NCBI GenBank assembly: GCA_965202665.1
Contig: OZ241841.1
Coordinates: 1,536,001-1,600,000 of the forward strand
Length of the DNA stretch: 64,000 nt
Direction of reading: 5' to 3'
Source of the DNA: Candidatus Spongiisociaceae bacterium
Lineage (GTDB): Bacteria; Actinomycetota; Acidimicrobiia; Spongiisociales; Spongiisociaceae
Shown here: piece after piece, positions 56,857-64,000 of the stretch
Numbering within the stretch: position 1 is the stretch's first letter
Layout of the letters: every line of letters begins with the position of its first letter
The notes under the pieces: model-generated
What the model saw: only the letters and a program-made list of their open reading frames with translations
Databases searched by the model: none
Told to the model about the DNA's origin: nothing
Made by a program: the position numbers and the translations under genes

Positions 56857-58386
56857 TTATCCGGAGGCCCGGAAGTCGGCCAGCATTTTCTGTTTCAGAT
56901 CGGACAGGCCGGGGCTGAGCGACACATGATATATGTGCGGGTTGACCAGGCGGCGCACCCCGGGGTCCAGCCTTTCCAAGTCGGCCGCCCGCCGGGACTG
57001 CGCTTCCGCCACCCCCCCCAGTTGGAAAACCCGCCGCCCCCGGTCCAGCATCAACTGTTGCAAAGGCTCCACTTCCGACACCTGTTCGGCGCGCAAAGAG
57101 CGGTGGATGTCGGGGAACATGGGATGCACCAGCTCCAGGGGGCGCCGGTTCGGGTCATAGGAGTCCAAGGTGATCAGATCGGCGGTGGCCCGTCCCCGCC
57201 GGTCGTAGATGCGCCACAGGGATTTGCGGCCTGGTATGGGTATTTTGGCCGGTGTTTCCGAAATTTTGATGGCCGGAACCATCTCGGCCTCCCCGTGCGC
57301 GGCCACCAGTTTGAACACCCCGTCCAGGTAGGGGGCGCCGTAGGAGGCGGCCATCCGCGAACCCACCCCGTAGGCCAGGCGGTCCAGCAACTTTCCGGCG
57401 TCCACCCCGTAGCGGGGGGCTTCGTCGATGATCTGGTTGCGTATCTGCCATATGGTCAGTTCGTCCAGTTGGGTGGACAGGACGATGGAGGTTTCCCCAA
57501 ATCCGGCTTCGTCCAGCATGGCCGCCGTCCGCACCGCCAAATGGGCCAGATCCCCCGAATCCAAACGCACCCCTTTCGGCTTGTGCCCCCGGCGGCGCAG
57601 TTCTTCGAACACGGTGATGGCGTTGGGGACGCCCGATTCCAAAGTGTCGATGGTGTCCACCAGCAGCACGCAGTCGTCCGGATAGAGGTCGGCGTAGGCC
57701 CGGAAGGCCTCCACTTCCCCTCCGGCCAGGGCCATGAACACCTGGATCATGGAATGGCCGTGGGTGCCTTTGGGGGGCGACCCCAGTTGGTGGGACATTC
57801 CGAAGTTGGAGGAGCCGACCGCCCCTCCGATGAGAGCGGCCCGGGCGGCGGCGTTGGCGGCCGACCCGGGGGCGCGGCGCATTCCGAAGTCGATTACGTC
57901 CCCCCCGCCCGCCGCTTCCACCGCCCGGGAGGCTTTGGTGGCCACCAAAGTCGGATAGTTCAGTTGGTTGAGCAGGGGGGTTTCCAGAATCTGGGCGATG
58001 GCCAGCGGGGCTTCCACGGTGGCCACCGGGGTGTGGGCGTGGACGATGCGGCCTTCGGGAACGGCCCGCAAGGTGACTTGCCGGAACGTTCCGGCTTCCA
58101 GCAACCAGTCCAGGAAGCCGTCGGCGAACAGGGGTTGGCCGGAGCCGGAGCGCACCTCGGCCAGGGCTTGCCGGTCGGTTTCCCCCATCCGGGTTTGCCC
58201 CATCCAATCCAAAAGCGGCCCCAGCCCGGCGGTTACGCAATATCCGGCCCGATGGCTTCCGTAGTCGGGATAGGAGCGGAAAACGTAGTCGAACAGGGCG
58301 CGGCGTTCGGCCAGCCCGTAGCGGTGGTAGAGCTGGGCCATAGTCAGCTGATAGTGGTCGGTGAATAGGAATCCGTCGGAGGGCAC
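56857..58386 (-). CDS. pncB: Nicotinate phosphoribosyltransferase
   Basis: FTDHYQLTM, DFGMRRA, GTHGHS, LVDT, GVRLDSGDL. Confidence 0.92.
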   Translation of the reverse strand: MPSDGFLFTDHYQLTMAQLYHRYGLAERRALFDYVFRSYPDYGSHRAGYCVTAGLGPLLDWMGQTRMGETDRQALAEVRSGSGQPLFADGFLDWLLEAGTFRQVTLRAVPEGRIVHAHTPVATVEAPLAIAQILETPLLNQLNYPTLVATKASRAVEAAGGGDVIDFGMRRAPGSAANAAARAALIGGAVGSSNFGMSHQLGSPPKGTHGHSMIQVFMALAGGEVEAFRAYADLYPDDCVLLVDTIDTLESGVPNAITVFEELRRRGHKPKGVRLDSGDLAHLAVRTAAMLDEAGFGETSIVLSTQLDELTIWQIRNQIIDEAPRYGVDAGKLLDRLAYGVGSRMAASYGAPYLDGVFKLVAAHGEAEMVPAIKISETPAKIPIPGRKSLWRIYDRRGRATADLITLDSYDPNRRPLELVHPMFPDIHRSLRAEQVSEVEPLQQLMLDRGRRVFQLGGVAEAQSRRAADLERLDPGVRRLVNPHIYHVSLSPGLSDLKQKMLADFRASG

Positions 58387-58423
58387 GGTTAATACGATAC
58401 CCCTTTCCCGTATAATTGGGGGC

Positions 58424-59014
58424 ATGCGGGAGTATGACCGGGGGGCGGCTTTGGTGGTGGTGGACGTCCAAAACGATTTCGCCGACCCGTCCGGGGCCTT
58501 GTACGTGCCGGGGGGGGATGAGCGGGTGGTTCCCGCCGTGAACCGGGAGACGGAGGCGGCGGTTGCAGCCGGGGCGGGGGTGTTTTATTCGCAGGACTGG
58601 CATCCGCCCCGCACTCCCCATTTTGACATCGACGGCGGGTTGTGGCCGGTGCACTGCGTGGCCGGAACCTGGGGGGCCCGGTTTCATCCCGGGTTGGGGG
58701 AGTTGGCCGGTCCGGTGATACGCAAAGGAACGGGGGGCGAAGACGGATATTCGGCTTTCACGATGGCCGACCCGCAGTCCGGGGAGACCGCCCCCACCGG
58801 TTTGGAGGAGATGTTGCGGGAGGAGGGGCGGCGGCGGGTGACGGTGGTCGGTTTGGCCTTGGATTACTGCGTGAAAGCCACCGCCCTAGACGCGGCCGCC
58901 GCCGGTTTCGCGGTAACGGTCCCGCTGTCCGCCACCGCCGCCGTAAACCTAAACCCCGCCGACGGCGAAAAAGCAATAACCGAACTAACCCAAGCCGGCA
59001 TAACCATCCTCTGA
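58424..59014 (+). CDS. pncA: Nicotinamidase/pyrazinamidase (isochorismatase family)
   Basis: VDVQNDF, DWHP, WPVHCV, GLALDYCV. Divergent from pncB; TATAAT lies 7 nt upstream. Confidence 0.92.
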   Translation: MREYDRGAALVVVDVQNDFADPSGALYVPGGDERVVPAVNRETEAAVAAGAGVFYSQDWHPPRTPHFDIDGGLWPVHCVAGTWGARFHPGLGELAGPVIRKGTGGEDGYSAFTMADPQSGETAPTGLEEMLREEGRRRVTVVGLALDYCVKATALDAAAAGFAVTVPLSATAAVNLNPADGEKAITELTQAGITIL

Positions 59015-59019
59015 CCTAG

Positions 59020-60378
59020 GGAGGGCGACAACGCCCCGCCAGACTGTTTGTTTTGTTTAGTACGGTCGGATGCGTGGTGGACTGACGGAAAAAGGGTGAT
59101 TTTTACTACGACAGAGTCCCCAAAAGGTGTTCGTTGACTATTATAATCCAACGAAGATATTTTCATTATTCATGGCTGTTGCATATTTATTGTATCCGCA
59201 GGTCAGAGGTTGTTTCCAGATTCCCGGTTTCTTAATATTTTTTTCGCGTTCTTCAAAACTGCAGGTCAGAGGCGTCTTTTGTTTTCAACCCTTTTCGAAC
59301 CCAGTTTTAACAAACCCGCAGGTCAGGGCATATGTCCCTTTTTTATGCACGCGTTTATGCACCCTTAATTAGGTAGAAGCACCGGTAAAAGCCGGTTCGT
59401 GAGCGAGGAGGTTCTTATGTGGAACATTCCGGAAGGGGTTCGGGTGGTGAATGTGGGTTCCGCGTATGTGGGATGGACGGGTGGATGGTCTACGCTGACC
59501 GGCAGGCACCGCCTTCGGTTTTGTAGAGGAGGCATCAGGGCGGGTGGCGACGGTACGTCCGCGGCTTGCAGTTGGCGGAGGGCCTCGTAGGTGTTCATGT
59601 CCCCCACCCCCGTCTCGTCGGCTGCGAGGGGCAGCTGGGAGAAGGAACCGGTTCCCTCAGTCCAGGTTACGGAGAAGGAACCTTCCCCATCCCCCGATGC
59701 CCGGTAACACCAGGCCAGCACACCTTGCGGTAGGGAGACGGTCTTGGTGAAGTTTCCGTCCCCGTGCCATTGGAATCCGGCGAAGTCCTCCGGGGCTTCA
59801 TTTTCCTAGCCGGGACCTCGATATCCAAAGAACAGGCGGAAAGCAGGGGCAACAGCCGCCGTTGCGATAATGACACTAATGTATTTCATGGACGAAAGGT
59901 TAATCTCCGGGCCGATGAAACCCGGATTTGGACGAAAGGGAAATAATGTCTGACAACCTGAACGAATTTCGCCCCAAAGATGCCAACTCCATCGGGGACA
60001 CGCCCCCCGACCCGTGCTATTACCGGACGGACGGATGGAGCGCGGGACGTTTCGACTACGAGAGAGATCCTGACTCTGAAGGCGGGCCGCCCTCCGGGAA
60101 GGTTGCGCGGGTGTGGTTGTTTTCTCCGATGTTGCGTGACGAAGCCGGGAAAAACATTAAAGGCTCCGCCACCGAATATCAGGTGCAGCGCAACGGCGAA
60201 TATCTCTTCCCGCAAGACGAGGCGATGAGCCTGGTGTCAGCTATACAAAAACGTGGGCGGGTAAGCGACCTTCCACGCGAGGTGCGGTTGGTAGCGCAGT
60301 CCAGCAAAAGGGTACTTGTGGGCGGCCACGCTGCCGGAAAAGGGTGGCCTGTTCCCTCCGCCTAACCGGCGGGGGCGG
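59020..60378. mobile_element. Degenerate integrative-element remnant at the tRNA-Ala 3' end
   Basis: AT-rich stretch with three GCAGGTCAG copies and a TTTATGCAC direct repeat, plus an orphan ORF. No integrase found. Confidence 0.4.
59946..60365 (+). CDS. Hypothetical protein
   Basis: RBS-like GAAAGGG before the ATG at 59946; no recognised motif. Confidence 0.45.
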   Translation: MSDNLNEFRPKDANSIGDTPPDPCYYRTDGWSAGRFDYERDPDSEGGPPSGKVARVWLFSPMLRDEAGKNIKGSATEYQVQRNGEYLFPQDEAMSLVSAIQKRGRVSDLPREVRLVAQSSKRVLVGGHAAGKGWPVPSA

Positions 60379-60452
60379 TGGAGACAAAGGGATTCGAACC
60401 CCCGACCTCCTCATTGCGAGTGAGGCGCTCTTCCAGACTGAGCTACGGCCCC
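60379..60452 (-). tRNA. tRNA-Ala (CGC) with imperfect 3' half
   Basis: GGGGCCG 5' end, G3-U70 pair, CCTCA-CTCGCAA-TGAGG anticodon arm. The 3' strand CCCTT-TGTCTCC pairs imperfectly. Confidence 0.8.
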
Positions 60453-60475
60453 GTGAATATTGGGTTTACTGTCCG

Positions 60476-60550
60476 CGCCCCCGGAAGGAGATTCGAACCT
60501 TCGGCCAAGAGATTAGAAGGCTCTTGCTCTATCCGCTGAGCTACGAGGAC
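60476..60550 (-). tRNA. tRNA-Arg (TCT) with a 2-nt insertion in the T loop
   Basis: GTCCTCG/CGGGGGC acceptor, CTTCTAA anticodon loop, T arm GAAGG-TTCGAATCT-CCTTC. Confidence 0.75.
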
Positions 60551-60664
60551 GGAGCAGGGCGCAACCGTCGAATGTCGCCAATGATTTTTGAGCAACCGTT
60601 TGACCTTCGAATCCGACTGCGGGAATGCTATAGCCAAGTCTTCCAGTGGTGCGGAGAAGCGGAT

Positions 60665-60764
60665 GGTGGCTGGGCCGTGAACAGCACCCGCCGGTGCTCC
60701 GGCCCGAGTCCACCGGATCCGGCAATGTGACTGGGGGGCCGGTTTCTTGCGCGATATCGCAAGC
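60665..60764 (+). repeat. Degenerate partial copy of the 5' part of the DUF433 gene (60878-60994)
   Basis: CGCCGGTGCTCCGGCCCGAG(T/C)CCACCGGATCCGGCAATGTGACT at 60689-60732 and 60905-60948. Confidence 0.9.
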
Positions 60765-60807
60765 TCCATGTTCTTAGGAAGGGAGGGCGACGCTGAACAA
60801 TGAAAAC

Positions 60808-61458
60808 TTGGGCCGTGAGATGTATTCGGCAGCGGAGGCGGCCCGCCTGCTCAGCGTTTCCTCGGCGACTCTGCGTCGGTGGCTGGAGGGCCGTGAACAG
60901 TATTCGCCGGTGCTCCGGCCCGAGCCCACCGGATCCGGCAATGTGACTTGGGGGGAGTTTGTGGAGGCCGGTTTCCTGCGCGAATATGGCAAGCGTCGCA
61001 GCCTGCAACATCTACGACCGGTTATCGCCCGGTTGCGGGCGGAATTTGATGTTTTGTACCCGCTTGCCACTGGTCAGCCCTTCGTAGGTCCGGGAATGGG
61101 TTTAACTCTGCGAACTCAACGCAACGAGAACCTTCCCGATGAGTTGGCCATCGTTCATGAGATCGTTTCGGGGCAGTTGGTTCTTACGCCCTTAACCAGC
61201 CGGTTTTTGGAGAGAGTCGATTTTTCTGAGGAGCCGCCCTATGGGTCGTTGCGGATTTTTCCGATGGGCAAGGATTCGCCAGTGGTCATCGATCCTGAAT
61301 ATTCATTCGGTTCCCCCACGGTGCGCGGCATCCGGACGGAGGTCATCGCCGAGTTGGTGGAGGCCGGTGAGGATATTGATGAAGTCGCTGAAGATTTTTC
61401 CTTGAAAGCCGTAGAAGTCCGGGCGGCGGTAGCCTACGAATGGCAACTGGCGGCCTGA
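60808..61458 (+). CDS. HTH + DUF433 antitoxin (VapB45/Rv2018-like), orphan
   Basis: YSAAEAARLLSVSSATLRRWL, TWGEFVEA, VVIDPEYSFGSPTVRGIRTE...VAEDFSL...AAVAYE. Confidence 0.85.
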   Translation: MGREMYSAAEAARLLSVSSATLRRWLEGREQYSPVLRPEPTGSGNVTWGEFVEAGFLREYGKRRSLQHLRPVIARLRAEFDVLYPLATGQPFVGPGMGLTLRTQRNENLPDELAIVHEIVSGQLVLTPLTSRFLERVDFSEEPPYGSLRIFPMGKDSPVVIDPEYSFGSPTVRGIRTEVIAELVEAGEDIDEVAEDFSLKAVEVRAAVAYEWQLAA

Positions 61459-61526
61459 CATCCCGCATCCCCCCGGCGTGTGAACATTTGGGATTGGCTA
61501 CTGGAAGAGGGGTACTCCTTAAACGC

Positions 61527-61564
61527 GAGCCGGGCTGCTCACCGTCCGGTGAGCAGCCCGGCTC
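61527..61564. terminator. 17-bp perfect inverted repeat between convergent genes
   Basis: GAGCCGGGCTGCTCACC-GTCC-GGTGAGCAGCCCGGCTC. Confidence 0.6.
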
Positions 61565-61650
61565 ACTTCCTCCGGCATGATTGTCCTTTGGCGTCTCCTA
61601 GTCTAACCCTGGGAGCGAGTTCCCGTCGGAGGGCTTGGGCGGGGGGTGGG

Positions 61651-62577
61651 TTAGCGGGCGGCGGTTTGCACCATTTGCTTGAAGCGGGGGATGTTGATTT
61701 CCTTGATTACTTCGCAGTTGGGGGGGCGGCCGGTCACTCCTAGGGAATCCACCACCGACATTCCCCTGGTCAGGGGGCTTTCCGCCTCCACTTCCACGTA
61801 GTGGCGGGCGGAGGCGGTTACCACCCCCTCTTTGTCCAGCGCCACCGCCATGGCCGTCGGGTCGGGCAGCTCCAGTCGGTCGGAACCCGACTGTTCTTTT
61901 ATGGCGGCGATGGCGGCGGCGTTGCAGTCCACGAAGAAATGGCCCAGAGGGGTGTCCAAATCTTTCAAAGCCCGCTGTTCGTCCCCGTCCAGACCGGCCT
62001 CCCCCCGGCAGATCTCCCAGGGGACCATCTCCAGCGGCAGGCCGGAGGCGAACACGGCCGCCGCCGCATGCGGGTCGAACCACAGGTTGAATTCGGCGGC
62101 CGGGGTCACGTTGCCCACCGCGTTGGCCGTCCCGCCCATAACCACGCACCGTCCCGTCTTCTCCACAATGTCCGGGGCCTGGCGAACCGCCAACGCCACG
62201 TTGGTGAGCGGCCCCAAAGTGACCAGAACGGCCCCCGGATGGGCCCGGATGGCATCGATCAGCCCCCGCACTCCGTCCAACGGTTCCGGCGCCCGTTGCG
62301 GCGGCGGATAGCCCTGATCGCCCAAACCGTCCTCCCCGTGGAACCAGGTGGCGAACCGGGACTCCGCCAGCAACGGCCCGGCCGCCCCGACGAACACCGG
62401 AACCTCCGACCCGCACAACTCCGCCGTGTACAAGGCGTTGCGGGCGGCCTGTTCCACGGGGCAGTTGCCGGCCACGGCGGTGATGGCCGCCACCTCCACA
62501 TCGGGGCGGCGCAGGGCCATCGCCAGGGCCACCGCGTCGTCGGAGGCGGTGTCGGTGTCGATGATCATGGTCGTCAT
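61651..62577 (-). CDS. Inosine/uridine-preferring nucleoside hydrolase
   Basis: IIDTDTASDD, HGEDGLG, LGPLTN, AEFN.WFDP. Confidence 0.92.
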   Translation of the reverse strand: MTTMIIDTDTASDDAVALAMALRRPDVEVAAITAVAGNCPVEQAARNALYTAELCGSEVPVFVGAAGPLLAESRFATWFHGEDGLGDQGYPPPQRAPEPLDGVRGLIDAIRAHPGAVLVTLGPLTNVALAVRQAPDIVEKTGRCVVMGGTANAVGNVTPAAEFNLWFDPHAAAAVFASGLPLEMVPWEICRGEAGLDGDEQRALKDLDTPLGHFFVDCNAAAIAAIKEQSGSDRLELPDPTAMAVALDKEGVVTASARHYVEVEAESPLTRGMSVVDSLGVTGRPPNCEVIKEINIPRFKQMVQTAAR

Positions 62578-62594
62578 CAGGTTCTGGTTCCTTC

Positions 62595-63500
62595 CTATTC
62601 CGTTCCTGTTCCCGCAGTCGGACGAGGCGGGAAAGCCCCGTCCAGTTGGGCCCGGGAGGCCAAGCCGTCCAGCGCCCCCCGGCGGGTCACCGCGTACGCC
62701 CCCGCCCGCAGGCCCAGTTCCACCCCGGCCTCCAAACCCGCTTCCGCCAGGCCGACCGCCAGCCCGGCGTTGAAAGCGTCGCCCGCTCCGGTGGCGTCCA
62801 CCGCCTCCGCCGGACGGGCCGGAAAAGAGACCGAACCGTCCGGCCCGTGCCGCACCGCCCCCTCCGCCCCCAAAGTCGCCACCACTTGCACTCCCCGTTC
62901 CGTCATCTCCCGCACCGACCCCTCCCGGGTCAGTTCGGCCAGTTCGGACTGATTGGGCGTCAGCACATCGGCCACCTCCCACGCCCCGGCGGGCAACGGG
63001 GCGGCCGGAGCGGGATTCAGAACCACTTTCGTTCCGTGCGCCCGGGCGATTCGACCGGCCCTGATGAAAGCCTCCACCGGGGTTTCCAGTTGGGCGAGCA
63101 ACACGTCCGCCCCGGCGATGATCTCCCCGCGTTCCTCCACCATCTCCGGGGTCACCGCCCGGTTCGCCCCCGGGGCCACCGCAATCTGGTTCTCTCCCCG
63201 GTCGTCCACCACGATCAGGGCCACCCCGGTCGGTTCGTCCATCACGGCCAAACCCGAATCGTCTATTCCCTCCCGTTGGAGAAGGGCGCGGGCGGCCCGC
63301 CCGTACTCATCATCGCCCACCGCTCCCAGAAAAGCGGTTTCCGCCCCCAGCCGCCGGGCGCCGACGGCCTGATTGGAGCCTTTGCCCCCCGGACCTTGGA
63401 AAAAAGAGCGGCCCAGAACGGTGCGTCCCGGGCCGGGCAGGACGGGCGCGGCCACCGCCAAATCCATATTAAAAGAGCCGAGCACCGCTACCGAAACCAT
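62595..63500 (-). CDS. rbsK: Ribokinase (PfkB family)
   Basis: GGKGSNQA, PN.SEL, DATGAGDAF. Confidence 0.9.
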   Translation of the reverse strand: MVSVAVLGSFNMDLAVAAPVLPGPGRTVLGRSFFQGPGGKGSNQAVGARRLGAETAFLGAVGDDEYGRAARALLQREGIDDSGLAVMDEPTGVALIVVDDRGENQIAVAPGANRAVTPEMVEERGEIIAGADVLLAQLETPVEAFIRAGRIARAHGTKVVLNPAPAAPLPAGAWEVADVLTPNQSELAELTREGSVREMTERGVQVVATLGAEGAVRHGPDGSVSFPARPAEAVDATGAGDAFNAGLAVGLAEAGLEAGVELGLRAGAYAVTRRGALDGLASRAQLDGAFPPRPTAGTGTE

Positions 63501-63552
63501 CCCGCCAGACTAGCCGCCGCCCCTCCGCCCCCCGTTTCCGCGCGGCGGGGGG

Positions 63553-64000
63553 TCAGCCGGCCGTGGCCACCTTTACCTCTTGATAGCCGCGGATGGCGAA
63601 GCCGTCCTCCCGTTCCGGTTCGGCGGCCAGCGCCAGACGGGGGAAGGCGGACGCCAGGCCTTCCACGGCCGCCGCCAGTTCCATACGGGCCAGCGGGGCC
63701 CCCAGGCAGAAGTGGGCCCCGCCTCCGAAAGTGATGTGGTCGGCGTCGCCCCGGTCCACCAGAAACTCATCCGGGTCCCGGTAGCGGCGGGGGTCCCGGT
63801 TGGCCGCCCCGAACAGCATCGCCACCTCGTCCCCCACCGGAAGCGGGCGTCCGGCTATCTCCACCCCCTCCTCCAAAACGAACCGCTCGAACATCTGCAA
63901 AGGCGGGTCGAAGCGCATCATCTCTTCGATGGCGTCCGCCGCCGCCGTCTCCCCGGAAACCACCCGCGGCCAGGCGTCGCCGCGCCGCAGCATGGCCGTC
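63553..64000 (-). CDS. Cytochrome P450, C-terminal part (runs off the window)
   Basis: EEMMR (ExxR), ANRDP, and the FGGGAHFCLG heme motif. Confidence 0.93.
   Translation of the reverse strand, partial: TAMLRRGDAWPRVVSGETAAADAIEEMMRFDPPLQMFERFVLEEGVEIAGRPLPVGDEVAMLFGAANRDPRRYRDPDEFLVDRGDADHITFGGGAHFCLGAPLARMELAAAVEGLASAFPRLALAAEPEREDGFAIRGYQEVKVATAG

Overview
High-GC bacterial chromosomal window. The gene content (SLH surface proteins, metX/metY, argRGH, menB/F/D, many apparently leaderless TAnnnT promoters) suggests Actinomycetota, probably Acidimicrobiia; this taxonomy is inferred. Most of the window is housekeeping, interrupted by accessory patches. Four signals stand out. (1) A NYN/PIN ribonuclease gene is preceded by a sigma70 promoter, a ~190-nt array of back-to-back hairpins and an intrinsic terminator; a second, shorter copy of the RNA with its own promoter lies ~400 bp further upstream. 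The layout resembles a type III toxin-antitoxin system with a non-canonical toxin and RNA. (2) Three tandem ~4-kb SLH/FG-GAP-like surface protein paralogs are sequence mosaics of each other, and each has a poly-G tract in its -35/-10 spacer (17, 15 and 17 bp), suggesting phase and antigenic variation. (3) A GrdB/PrdB-family selenoprotein is split by the ORF caller at an in-frame UGA (UxxC motif plus a SECIS-like hairpin) and is followed by a glutaredoxin. (4) Defence and mobile-element remnants: an R-M pair, an HKD nuclease, two orphan DUF433 antitoxins, and an att-like AT-rich patch next to two tRNAs with abnormal 3' halves. All product calls come from motif recognition by eye; no database searches were run.
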